DNA from: Candidatus Parvarchaeota archaeon
GTDB taxonomy: Archaea; Nanobdellota; Nanobdellia; WJKC01
Assembly (NCBI GenBank): GCA_017608505.1
Contig: JAFCFT010000001.1
Span: 5,833 to 69,832 of the forward strand
Length of the DNA: 64,000 nucleotides
Direction: 5' to 3'
The notes under the pieces are model-generated. The model searched no databases. It was not told the DNA's origin and saw only the letters and a list, made by a program, of their open reading frames with translations. A program made the position numbers and the translations under genes. Each line of letters opens with the position of its first letter. Within the stretch, counting starts at the first letter, position 1. Of the stretch, positions 11,017-20,827 are shown piece by piece.

Positions 11017-12048
11017 CTAAAGCTTATAATCTAATGACTTTATTTCGATATATTTACCATTACTTTTTAATGATTTCTGCGCAGATTCTAATATATTAGT
11101 TATTAATAACCCTTCTAGTGCATCTGTTTTTGGTTGTTTATCATTTATTAAGCAATCTAGAAAATGTTTACACTCTTCTTTTAGCGGTTCTTTTATAGGC
11201 ACCTTGGGTATTATTATGTCCCCATCTCTTATGCTAATCTGAAATTCACCAAAGTCTGGACATACTTGATTTCCTGATTTAATTACTCCTTTATCAAATA
11301 TTTTTATAGGTTCTGATTTATTAATGTCATTAAAGACAACCATCTTTTTATCTCCTACAAAAGTAGTTTCCCTAATCTTTAGAGGACCCAACCAACTAGC
11401 GTTAATATTCATTTTAACTTTGTTCGGATAATACAATGTCAAAAAAACCACATCTTCAATACCTTTTTGTAGATAATCTTCTCCTTGCGCGATAACACCT
11501 ATTGGATTCTTTTTGAAGACATATTGAAATATAGTAATGTCATGTATTGCAAGGTCCCACATTGCGTTGACATCTTTTCTAATAGGCCCGAGGCCCATTC
11601 TAGTGGAGTAAGCGTAATACATTTTTCCTAGTTTGTTCTTGTTAACAAGTTCTCTAAGATACTCTACAGCGGGGTTGTATTCAAAAATATGGCCGACCAT
11701 TACTTTTTTGTTTTTTTCTTTAGCTAATTTAATTATTTCAATACCATCTTTGATACATGTAACAAAAGGTTTTTCAACTAATACATTTTTATTATGTTCT
11801 AATGATTCCCTAATCAATTTGTAATGTGTTGTTGCAGGCGTAGCGATTAACACTCCATCTATAGCTTTATCATTAAGTATTTTGTGATAATCCAACACCG
11901 GCTTAACATTATAAGTCTCACTAATATTTTTGCATTTGTCAATATCCAAGTCACAACAATATATCAATTCCGCTTCTGGCAATTCATTTAGAACTCTTAC
12001 ATAATTTGGACCCCAACGTCCGCAACCGATAATTCCAAGTTTTACCAT
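11017..12048 (-). CDS. Gfo/Idh/MocA NAD-dependent oxidoreductase (WbpB-like sugar 3-dehydrogenase)
   Basis: GIIGCGRWG, IATP...H, VEKP, DLAIHD. Confidence 0.93.
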   Translation of the reverse strand: MVKLGIIGCGRWGPNYVRVLNELPEAELIYCCDLDIDKCKNISETYNVKPVLDYHKILNDKAIDGVLIATPATTHYKLIRESLEHNKNVLVEKPFVTCIKDGIEIIKLAKEKNKKVMVGHIFEYNPAVEYLRELVNKNKLGKMYYAYSTRMGLGPIRKDVNAMWDLAIHDITIFQYVFKKNPIGVIAQGEDYLQKGIEDVVFLTLYYPNKVKMNINASWLGPLKIRETTFVGDKKMVVFNDINKSEPIKIFDKGVIKSGNQVCPDFGEFQISIRDGDIIIPKVPIKEPLKEECKHFLDCLINDKQPKTDALEGLLITNILESAQKSLKSNGKYIEIKSLDYKL

Positions 12049-12063
12049 TTTAAGAATTTAAGC

Positions 12064-15000
12064 TTATCTTTTATTCTTAAATTTTGCGCTTTTAATTAAA
12101 GTACCAATAATGAGTAACATGTATGCAATGAATAATGTGTAATTGGTAAAATACCTTAATTTAAACGATTTAATTACAAATATTGCTCCTAAAGGTATTA
12201 AGTGTATATAAACAATAATTAATGCTATTGTTAAACACCATTTTTCAAGATGTTTAATGGATAGAATTCTTTTGTAATATAAAAAAATCTTTGATTTTTC
12301 AAATTCTTTAATTATCATTTTTTCTTGATTGTTAAAACTCTTTTTAAATTTTAATTTATATATGTTAAGTCTTTTATTTTTTGAGCATAGCCAAATAAGA
12401 ATATATAAAGTAAAAATTTTGAAAATAATTTTAGTTATAATTATTGTTTGAATAATCTCTTTATGTAAGAAAATAATTAGTAAGATTAAAAGAGTGAACA
12501 ATGAAAGTATAATATGTGTATAATATGTTTCTTGTTTTTTGTAAATAATACTGACTGTAAAATTTCCCGTTTTATTAATGTAATATGTGTTAGCAAAGCC
12601 ATTAACTTTGTAGTGTTCGAAAGTTGTTCTGTCTGATTCAGCAATCCAAGCAGAATCATAAGAACTTGAGAATACAAGGAAGAAGGGTTTGCTAGAATTA
12701 ACATTAACTATATAATTTGTTGGATTTAATTTAGAAAACGAAATGTGTGGTCCATATTGTTTTGTGCTTTCTTCTTTATGTTTAGTTAGTATAATGTTGT
12801 GTATTTTAGCATATGTTGTTGCATTGAATTCTAAAGAGGATATGTTAAATTCTCCAAGAGAGATAATGGCTGGTTTGCTTGAGTTAATGAATATAGATCT
12901 ATTTTGATTGTTCAATGAAATGTTGATAAGGCCTGTGCCAGATACAGAAAGGCTGATATTGTAAATATCATTTTTAATGTTTGTCTTTTTATAATAATGA
13001 TTTAAGAGCAATTCTTTTGGATAGAATGTTGCATTGCGAATCCAAAATGAGTAAAAATTGTTAGGAGCGTCAACTATCCACCATTTATGCAAGTAAAAAT
13101 AGATTGCGTCAATGTCGTTTAATGATTTATTTAGTAAGTTAGCATACTCGCTGATGTTTATTGTGATTGTGCTGTAACCTGTAGTATAAGAGAGAGGGTC
13201 ACTTGCGAGAATTTTGCTGGTATTTTTAAAATGTAATCCAAACTGCAATGTTTGAATTGATTTGTCTTCTAGCATGAATTCAAATTTTAGAATTGGGAAA
13301 TTAGAAATGTTAAAGTCAATTGGAATTCTCAATAAGAAATATTCGTCTACACTTTCATTTTGATAAAAATGAACATCGAAACGCCAAGTATTGTTGTTTA
13401 TTAAAATGTTTGGTCTGCAGTTAATTTCGCAGCCGTAAACTCCATAGGAGCTGGTTAGTATATTAGGAATTTTATTTTGGAAAGGAACATCATATTTGTC
13501 AGGAGTAAAAGCGTAATCCATGGATGGGTGAATTAAAGAAGTTGCAATAGCAATACTTGAAATTGCTGCTTCGCCTTGACTGATAAATTCAATGAATTTT
13601 TCTGATGAAATGTTTGCAATTTTATGCCAAGAAATGCTTGAAGAATTAATTGAGAATGTTGCATTATCTATTTTGATTAAGATAGGGCCAAGAGATTTTA
13701 TGTAAAGTGTTCCTGTGGTACTAATTGGTACTTTAAGGGTTGAATTAGGAACTAGTGTTAAAATAGATGAATCAATATGGCTAGAGTATTTTGGATTGTA
13801 CCACCACCAGCCAAATGAGTAATCAAAGAAACGAGCCCAGCCAGCTGATGCATTACTATTGGTTACAAAGTCAGATGGTTTGTATTTTGTTGCGTTAATT
13901 AGCTGAATGTCTAATGGGTCTGAAGCAATTATATCATCAACTATTTCTATTAATTGAGTATTGGCTTGGGAAGCAAAGAAAATGGCGGGCTTTGAAGAAT
14001 TAAGAGAATCATAGTTAGTAAGTATGTCTAAATTTGAAGACGTAAGAATACTCTTGTCAGCAGCATAAATAATAGGCGAATAGTTAGGAACTTCAAAAAT
14101 GTGAACATTTGAATATTGTTTGTTTGTTATGGAAACTTCTGGAAGCAGTTTTTTAATATATTCTGTTTTAGATTTGCTGTATTGAGAGGAAATTGTAGGG
14201 AAATATTGCATGTATGAGTAATTCCAAAATTTGGAGCTGAAGTCATCGCGTGAAATGATATACTTTATGTTTAGTATTCTAAGAAGATCTTGGAGATTAT
14301 TAGGAGACTCGTAATTGATGAGATTTGAAAGGTAAGCAGTGATTCTATTTGGATCTGTTTCAAGACTTATATATTGGTTAAGTGATGGCTTTGGTGAAGT
14401 GGTAATCATTGGGTCTACGCCAGGGTATTTTAAATTTTTGGGATGCATTGGTTGGTTCATTGGCAGGTAAAGCACCCTGTAATTGTTTGGATCGTTGTTT
14501 AGAGATAGCATTATTTCGCCGTAAGATTTGTCCCATTCGTAAATTTGGACTTGATTCATAAAATTTCCGGAGAGGAGTGGGTAAGAAAAAAGGACAATAG
14601 CAAGAACGAACAAAGGCAACAATTTTTTGTTTTTAAACAATTCGTAACTCGAGCCAAAAAGGACCGCATATGCAAAAGCAGGAATAAATAATAAGTGATG
14701 AACTTCTCTAAAAATTCCAATAAATGGAATTTTTAAGAATAATTCACCAAAAGGAGGATTTGCGCCTTTAGAAAGAAACAGTCCAATTATAGCAAGCATG
14801 ATGAAAAACCATACAAACTTTTTCTTAGATTTAATGTTTAAAAGCAATAATAATAGAATTGTTATGCCTCCAGTAAGAAATGGAATTAAGCCCACGCCCC
14901 AAACAGCGTCGACAAAATATGTAGTTCCTAAAAGAAACGGAACAGCGATTATGGGAGGTGATCTTCGGGCAATGACGTCGACACTTGTTCCTGTTTGGAT

Positions 15001-15726
15001 GTATGATGTTGTTTCTTGTATGTTTAATATTTTAGGAAGGATCCATGGGGAGTGTACTAGAAATCCAATAGAAATAATAAATAAAGAATTGGTAATCAAT
15101 GTTTTATCTTTCATGAAGAGTGAATAGAAAATTAATAAGCATGGAATCATGATGATGAATTGAAGTTGTGTAAATACTAAAGGACAAAGAAGCGCAGCAC
15201 CAAATATGTATTTTTTTTCATTCTTTGATTTTAAGAATGCAAGGAATAATAAAGGAGCAAGCATGTAAGAAAAAAGATATGTTACATGTCCCGCAACAAT
15301 TTTGTTGAAAACAAGTGGGTTCAAGGAGTAGAGAAGGCCGGAGAGAAAAGCAGAACCTAATTTTTTGAAATAGTGTTTTGAAAGAAAAAACATAAAAAGC
15401 GCAGAACCAAAAATAAAAGAGAATACTAAAAATTTAGTCATAAAGACGCCTCCAGCGCCATAAAGCGCTGGGGTACAAGTAATTAAAACATAAAGATATG
15501 GACTTGCGTAGGGGAGTTCCATTCCAAAATTATCTTCTTGCCAAGCATAGAACATTTTATATATTTGACTTGAAATCATATAAGCATATTGTGGGTATCC
15601 CCAATCATGTCGGTATCCTATAGGCCCATATTTTAGTAACAGTTGCCAAATGGATAGCAAAGCGAGGGTGATGTATACTATTATTATAGTCCAGATTTTC
15701 ATTGATTTGTATTTGTCTCTTTTCAC
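12064..15726 (-). CDS. very large GT-C-like membrane protein (AftD/YfhO-like) with long extracellular region; start may be ATG 15702
   Basis: GYRHDW after TM1, polytopic N-half, FREVHH motif, NPTNY...SSSYDSAW...VNGFAN domain, many N-x-S/T sequons. Confidence 0.7.
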   Translation of the reverse strand: MKRDKYKSMKIWTIIIVYITLALLSIWQLLLKYGPIGYRHDWGYPQYAYMISSQIYKMFYAWQEDNFGMELPYASPYLYVLITCTPALYGAGGVFMTKFLVFSFIFGSALFMFFLSKHYFKKLGSAFLSGLLYSLNPLVFNKIVAGHVTYLFSYMLAPLLFLAFLKSKNEKKYIFGAALLCPLVFTQLQFIIMIPCLLIFYSLFMKDKTLITNSLFIISIGFLVHSPWILPKILNIQETTSYIQTGTSVDVIARRSPPIIAVPFLLGTTYFVDAVWGVGLIPFLTGGITILLLLLLNIKSKKKFVWFFIMLAIIGLFLSKGANPPFGELFLKIPFIGIFREVHHLLFIPAFAYAVLFGSSYELFKNKKLLPLFVLAIVLFSYPLLSGNFMNQVQIYEWDKSYGEIMLSLNNDPNNYRVLYLPMNQPMHPKNLKYPGVDPMITTSPKPSLNQYISLETDPNRITAYLSNLINYESPNNLQDLLRILNIKYIISRDDFSSKFWNYSYMQYFPTISSQYSKSKTEYIKKLLPEVSITNKQYSNVHIFEVPNYSPIIYAADKSILTSSNLDILTNYDSLNSSKPAIFFASQANTQLIEIVDDIIASDPLDIQLINATKYKPSDFVTNSNASAGWARFFDYSFGWWWYNPKYSSHIDSSILTLVPNSTLKVPISTTGTLYIKSLGPILIKIDNATFSINSSSISWHKIANISSEKFIEFISQGEAAISSIAIATSLIHPSMDYAFTPDKYDVPFQNKIPNILTSSYGVYGCEINCRPNILINNNTWRFDVHFYQNESVDEYFLLRIPIDFNISNFPILKFEFMLEDKSIQTLQFGLHFKNTSKILASDPLSYTTGYSTITINISEYANLLNKSLNDIDAIYFYLHKWWIVDAPNNFYSFWIRNATFYPKELLLNHYYKKTNIKNDIYNISLSVSGTGLINISLNNQNRSIFINSSKPAIISLGEFNISSLEFNATTYAKIHNIILTKHKEESTKQYGPHISFSKLNPTNYIVNVNSSKPFFLVFSSSYDSAWIAESDRTTFEHYKVNGFANTYYINKTGNFTVSIIYKKQETYYTHIILSLFTLLILLIIFLHKEIIQTIIITKIIFKIFTLYILIWLCSKNKRLNIYKLKFKKSFNNQEKMIIKEFEKSKIFLYYKRILSIKHLEKWCLTIALIIVYIHLIPLGAIFVIKSFKLRYFTNYTLFIAYMLLIIGTLIKSAKFKNKR

Positions 15727-15779
15727 ATTGAATTTGAGTTTATAAGCACTATAAAAAACTTTTTAAGCTTCTTGATACC

Positions 15780-17225
15780 TTGAAAAAACAGATGGAAGAA
15801 AGTTATGACTCGATTTTTGGGAGAGAGTCTACAATTAAAGAAGTAAAAATAACACATGAGATGCTTCCCTTAACAATAAATGAAAATATTACTAAAAATG
15901 CATTAAATAAGGGTGCTGAAGAAAATAAATGGGTGTTGGCGTTTGTGGTAGGAACTAAACCCTGTTTTTACAAGTTCTATGGGTCAATAATTGCTGCAGA
16001 GAAGCATAATATTCCTTACATAGTGATAAATGCAAACCAGCATTATGATGATAATTTAACATATGGTATTAAGGAATTTGGAATAAATGTTGCTTGTAAT
16101 CTAAATATTAGGGGCGGATTGCTTAAAAAATCAGTAGAATTGTTACTGAAGTTCAAGTGGTTATCTGATTATTTTGAAAGAATAAATGAAAAAGCAAAGG
16201 TTGTACCTGTGGTTTTAGGCGATACAATACTAACTAGTATTGTGCCTGCTGCATGGATGTTTACTAGAAATGAAAAGGCTATACAAAATGAAGCAGGATT
16301 AAGAGCTATGGCTCCCACAGTGTTAAAAGATAAAAATGTGAGTTTTGAAGAGTTTTATAAAAAGCAAGCAACAGGTAATTGGATGCTTTTAAGAAATGAG
16401 CCGTTTCCAGAACAGTGGGATACATATGTGTCTGCTGCAGGGTGCGAATATTTATTCGCACCAACAGAATTAAATAAAAAACACTTGTTAAGAGAGGGGT
16501 ATAACGAAAACAATATTTATGTGACTGGCGGTGTAGTAGTAGAAGCTTTAGATTTAAAATTAAAGGAAAAACCAAGGAGGAGTATATTTGAAGTTTATCC
16601 GGAATTAAGTAAGGGTGAATGGATAAGAGTAGATATTCACAGGAGAGGAAACTTAACACCTACAAGATTTAAGGCAATAATAAGTGGAATTAAAAAATTG
16701 GTTAAAAGTGGATACAAAGTTAATTTTATAGAAATGAACGCTACAAAATATGCAATAAACAAATATGGTTATAGGGGTGTACTGAACAAGTTAAAAGAGA
16801 ACAAGAACTTTTTAATGACCGATGTGTGGCCCGAATATTCTAATGTGGTTGAATTTTATAAGTCAAAAAATTGCTTGACGGCATTTACAGATAGTGGTGG
16901 GGTGCAAGAAGAAATGAATTTATTAAGTAAACCATGTCTTACGTGCAGATTTAATACTGATAGGCCAGAAACGGTAATGGACGCAAAAAGTAATTTATTA
17001 GTTCCGCCTAAAAGTGGAGAATTTATATTTGATTCTATAAATTACTTAGTAAAAAATGGAAAATTGGATGAATTGTCAAAAGGAAAGAAAATTTATGGGA
17101 AAAATGTTGGTGAAAAATTTATATTGGTAATAAAAGACTTAATGAAACAGAACAAAAGTTTGTTTAATTGGGCTCATGACGTATTGGGATATGAAGAAGA
17201 AAAAATTAATCCAGACTTTTTATAA
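15780..17225 (+). CDS. UDP-N-acetylglucosamine 2-epimerase family protein (divergent WecB/WbpI-like); start may be ATG 15792
   Basis: GTKP, QHYD, LGDT, EAGLR, PFPE, HRR, TDSGGVQEE, TDRPE. Confidence 0.88.
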   Translation: MKKQMEESYDSIFGRESTIKEVKITHEMLPLTINENITKNALNKGAEENKWVLAFVVGTKPCFYKFYGSIIAAEKHNIPYIVINANQHYDDNLTYGIKEFGINVACNLNIRGGLLKKSVELLLKFKWLSDYFERINEKAKVVPVVLGDTILTSIVPAAWMFTRNEKAIQNEAGLRAMAPTVLKDKNVSFEEFYKKQATGNWMLLRNEPFPEQWDTYVSAAGCEYLFAPTELNKKHLLREGYNENNIYVTGGVVVEALDLKLKEKPRRSIFEVYPELSKGEWIRVDIHRRGNLTPTRFKAIISGIKKLVKSGYKVNFIEMNATKYAINKYGYRGVLNKLKENKNFLMTDVWPEYSNVVEFYKSKNCLTAFTDSGGVQEEMNLLSKPCLTCRFNTDRPETVMDAKSNLLVPPKSGEFIFDSINYLVKNGKLDELSKGKKIYGKNVGEKFILVIKDLMKQNKSLFNWAHDVLGYEEEKINPDFL

Positions 17226-18183
17226 ATTCCTCCAAATTAAAAAAGAAATTATCAGACTTGGTTGCTGAAAGGGCTGATGCACGCAAAGCAAGGTCAACGC
17301 CCACTGTCACTGGAATATTGCTAGCATAAGACAGACCAAGTACTGCCATTATAGCGCTGCCAGTAGAAATATAATTATAAATAAAATTTTTTAGTTTGGG
17401 ACGGTATTTTTTAATATGCTCATTGTCAAGACTAAAAAGGTATGAGTCTAACTCTAAGTGGCTTAATAATAAATTCTTGCTCTTGCATGTATTTAATATT
17501 TTTTTGCCAGTAATTAATGCGCTGGTTGTGTTATAACAATTAATTGAAAAGATGCGTAATGCCTTAAACAAGTTGATTTTCATTAAGTCAACACCTTCAT
17601 AAAGATAGTATTTGGATTCGTTTGGGCGGACAATTATGGGTGTGTTTTCAAAAGAGTTGTTAAGTGTAGATAGTAGTTTTGTAATAAAATTGTCATTAAA
17701 TAATCCGTTTAACCCGTAGTCTAGGATCATTATTGACTCAATATCGCTTGGAGCGCTTTCTACTAGGTGTAGAAAATCATTAATTGTTTGTTTTGGGATT
17801 GTGGCGTAATGTGATTCCAGTCTAAGTAATTGTTGATTTAATGCTTTAATACGGGTGATATATGGGGTATTAACATTTTCACTAACTAGTATGCCTGAAG
17901 TGTTAACTTTAAGTTTTTGTAATTTTTTGATTATTTGGTCGCCGTCATAATCATTTCCTACGATGTTGTATGTGTAAGGAATTCCAGAGAGAGATTTAAT
18001 ATATTTTAAGACCATGCCTGCGCCACCTAGATAATTATGCGTTTCGTTGATAGTGATGCTTGGAACAGGCGCGTCGGGCGATAATTTATCAGCAGTGCCA
18101 AAAATGTACTTGTCAAGTAATAAATCTCCTATTATTAAGAGCTTCTTGTTATGGAATTTTTTAGCTTCTTTAGCAAGCGTCAT
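17206..18183 (-). CDS. HldE/RfaE kinase-domain homologue (PfkB fold), catalytic motif degenerate
   Basis: IIGDLLLDKY...LSPDAPVP...GGAG and QQLLRLE match RfaE. GAGD anion-hole motif replaced by STGS. Confidence 0.8.
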   Translation of the reverse strand: MTLAKEAKKFHNKKLLIIGDLLLDKYIFGTADKLSPDAPVPSITINETHNYLGGAGMVLKYIKSLSGIPYTYNIVGNDYDGDQIIKKLQKLKVNTSGILVSENVNTPYITRIKALNQQLLRLESHYATIPKQTINDFLHLVESAPSDIESIMILDYGLNGLFNDNFITKLLSTLNNSFENTPIIVRPNESKYYLYEGVDLMKINLFKALRIFSINCYNTTSALITGKKILNTCKSKNLLLSHLELDSYLFSLDNEHIKKYRPKLKNFIYNYISTGSAIMAVLGLSYASNIPVTVGVDLALRASALSATKSDNFFFNLEEFIKSLD

Positions 18184-18313
18184 GATTATCTAATTTTATA
18201 ATTGTGCTTGTTTTTATAAGTTGTTATCCCGCAATTCTTTTATTTTTCAAAAAACTAAAATAAAATGTGTATGTTCATGCTTTACATTGGCATCCTCATA
18301 AGCGCTTTGATAG

Positions 18314-18907
18314 TTGGTAGTAATAGTATATTTGAATAATAAGAAGAGCCAAGTTAATCAGTTGCTGTTTTTAGGGTTTGTATTGATTGGTTTGTTTGTA
18401 TTGGTAAGTTTTATAAGAAATATTTATGATATTTCAAGTGATGTGGATTTGTTTTTGGGCAGGACAACAGATGCGTTGACAATGATGTCGTCTTTTTGCG
18501 TGCTTTTGTCAGCTATTGAGTTGCGGTTTAGAAAAAGGAACGCATACAAGTTATTATGTGCGTTTGTGTTGTTTTCAATAGTTCCTTTGATTGTGCCAGA
18601 CAATTTTTATATGTATGTAAATGATAGTTGGGTGACGCCTCCTTTAATGCTTGCGTATCAGTATGCGTTGATACTTGCAAGCACAATTCTTATTGTTGCG
18701 TTGTTTTTGATGGTGGCAAGAAGGGCAAGGAGTATAAATTTGAAGCATAAGGTGCTTATGCTTGCTTTTGGATTTTTAATGGTTGTTTTTGCAGGACTTT
18801 TTGCTTTGGTGTGCGACATTTTGTTGATTTATGAAAAGGTTTATTATTTGACGCCCTTGATAATACTTATTGGCACGTCAGTAATAACATACGCTTTTAA
18901 GAGGTAA
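18314..18907 (+). CDS. polytopic membrane protein resembling a stand-alone 7TM sensor domain (HisKA_7TM-like); probable frameshifted 5' end from 18265
   Basis: About 6 TM segments and a VYLNNKKSQVNQLLF loop. An upstream out-of-frame hydrophobic ATG segment would complete TM1. Confidence 0.55.
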   Translation: MVVIVYLNNKKSQVNQLLFLGFVLIGLFVLVSFIRNIYDISSDVDLFLGRTTDALTMMSSFCVLLSAIELRFRKRNAYKLLCAFVLFSIVPLIVPDNFYMYVNDSWVTPPLMLAYQYALILASTILIVALFLMVARRARSINLKHKVLMLAFGFLMVVFAGLFALVCDILLIYEKVYYLTPLIILIGTSVITYAFKR

Positions 18908-18940
18908 AGTTTTTAAGTTAGAATTAGTGATTCTAAAGTA

Positions 18941-19807
18941 ATGAAAGAGCTTGTAGTGTTGCTTCCTACGTTAAATGAGGAAAAGGGCGTTGCAAGAGTA
19001 ATAAGGCAAGTGCCTGTTACGAAGTTGAAGAAATTGGGGTTTAAGACAAAGATATTAGTGGTGGACGGGCACAGCAAGGATAAGACTAGGGAAGTAGCAG
19101 AAAAGTTAGGTGCCAAAGTGATTTTGCAAAAAGGGAAAGGCAAAGGCATGGCGTTTAGGACTGCTTTGCATGAGTTAAAGAAAAATCCTCCAGATGCGCT
19201 TGTAATGCTTGATGCAGACAATACTTATGATCCTAAAGAGATGCCGCAGTTATTGCTGCCAATAGTGATAGAAGAAGCAGATGTTGTTATGGGTGCGAGG
19301 GAAATAAAGACGCACAAAACAGGAAATAAGATTTTGACTGCAGCAGCAAAAATGGCTTTTAAGCATAATATAAAAGATTTATGCACAGGGTATTGGGCGT
19401 TTAATGAGGAGGCAATAAGAAAAATACAAGTGGATGCTAAGGGTTTTGATTTGGAAAGCGATTTGTTTGCCAAGGCAAATAAAGAGGGCTTAAGGATAAA
19501 AGGAGTGCCTGTAAGTTACAGGAAAAGGGTGGGGGAAAGCAAGTTAAGGATAAGCGACGCTTTTAAGATAGTTGGGAGGATAATAAGGAATGTAAGGGAC
19601 TGGAATCCTTTGGCTTTGTTTGGAAGCTTGGGGACTTTAGGGCTCGGCCTTGCGTTTTATTTTGGATTAAGGGTTATTGAAGATTATATGAAGAGAGGGT
19701 ACGTCGTTGCAGTAAGCACTGCAATATTGACTGCAATTTTAGGAATCACAGGATTCTTTTTTTTGACAATAGGGTTGATGCTTGATTTCTTGGAGAGAAG
19801 GGTATGA
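18941..19807 (+). CDS. GT2 polyprenol-phosphate glycosyltransferase (DPM1/AglJ-like) with two C-terminal TMs
   Basis: PTLNEE, VDGHSKDKT, GKGKG, LDADNTY, Y.KRVGESKL. Confidence 0.92.
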   Translation: MKELVVLLPTLNEEKGVARVIRQVPVTKLKKLGFKTKILVVDGHSKDKTREVAEKLGAKVILQKGKGKGMAFRTALHELKKNPPDALVMLDADNTYDPKEMPQLLLPIVIEEADVVMGAREIKTHKTGNKILTAAAKMAFKHNIKDLCTGYWAFNEEAIRKIQVDAKGFDLESDLFAKANKEGLRIKGVPVSYRKRVGESKLRISDAFKIVGRIIRNVRDWNPLALFGSLGTLGLGLAFYFGLRVIEDYMKRGYVVAVSTAILTAILGITGFFFLTIGLMLDFLERRV

Positions 19808-19810
19808 GGC

Positions 19811-20827
19811 ATGAGAATTGCAATTGCAGGATTTAACAGGGCAAAGAAAGATGCAATAGGAAATTATGTAGAAGAAATAAAGAAAATTTTCAAGAATGTG
19901 GATGTTTTAGTTCAGCAGTCAAGCGAGTACGAAGAAGACAAGAAAATGATGAAGATAAGGGGTTTGTTTCCATTTGAGTTGGGGTTTGTTGACGCTTATT
20001 ATGCAAAAAAGATCGATGAGAGATATGATTATTTGTGGCTGAACTGGTTTATATGGAACGCGTTCGGACCTGTTGCCTTAAAGTTGAAAAAATGCAAGTT
20101 AATACTTGATTATCACGGGATAACGCCTGAGAAGTATGTGAGAAATCCTGTGTATAAGTTGCTGTTAAGGCAGGCAAGAATGTTGTGCAAAAAATTGGAG
20201 AAAAAAGCCTGGAAAGTGATAGTGCATTCAAAATATATGAAAAAAGAATTGGGAAGCAGAAAGGCCGTAGTAGTGCCGCTTCCAATTATAAAGAGAAGAA
20301 AAGGAAGGGGCAAGAAAAAGGATTATCTGCTGTATGTTGGAAGAGTATCGCCGCACAAGAGGATAGACGTGATAATAAAGGCGCTTGGGAGTAGAGAATT
20401 AAAAGTGGTAGGGAACGTTTCAAGGAGCGAGTATAGGGGCGAAAAAAAGAGATTAGAAAAGCTTGCAAAACGCATTGGGGCAAAAGTTGTTTTTTTAGGA
20501 GCTATTGATGATGAAAAGTTAAATGATTATTATAAGCAGGCGTTTGCATTTGTAACTGCAAGCGAGCACGAGGGGTTCTGCGTGCCTGTTTTAGAAGCAA
20601 TGAGCCAGGGAACTCCAGTAATAGGGGCTAATGCTGCAGCATTAAAAGAAACTATTGGGGACTGCGGATTGCTGTTTAAACCTGGAGACAGCAAGGACTT
20701 GAAAAAAAAGATAAAAATGCTTGAAGACAAAAAAGTTTATGAAAAAATGGTTAAAGCAGGGCTTAAAAAGGCAAGAAAATATTCATTAGAAAATTTTAGA
20801 AAAATAATTAAAAACGTGATTGCTTGA
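19811..20827 (+). CDS. GT4 glycosyltransferase
   Basis: YVGRVSPHKR and SEHEGFCVPVLEAM. Confidence 0.92.
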   Translation: MRIAIAGFNRAKKDAIGNYVEEIKKIFKNVDVLVQQSSEYEEDKKMMKIRGLFPFELGFVDAYYAKKIDERYDYLWLNWFIWNAFGPVALKLKKCKLILDYHGITPEKYVRNPVYKLLLRQARMLCKKLEKKAWKVIVHSKYMKKELGSRKAVVVPLPIIKRRKGRGKKKDYLLYVGRVSPHKRIDVIIKALGSRELKVVGNVSRSEYRGEKKRLEKLAKRIGAKVVFLGAIDDEKLNDYYKQAFAFVTASEHEGFCVPVLEAMSQGTPVIGANAAALKETIGDCGLLFKPGDSKDLKKKIKMLEDKKVYEKMVKAGLKKARKYSLENFRKIIKNVIA

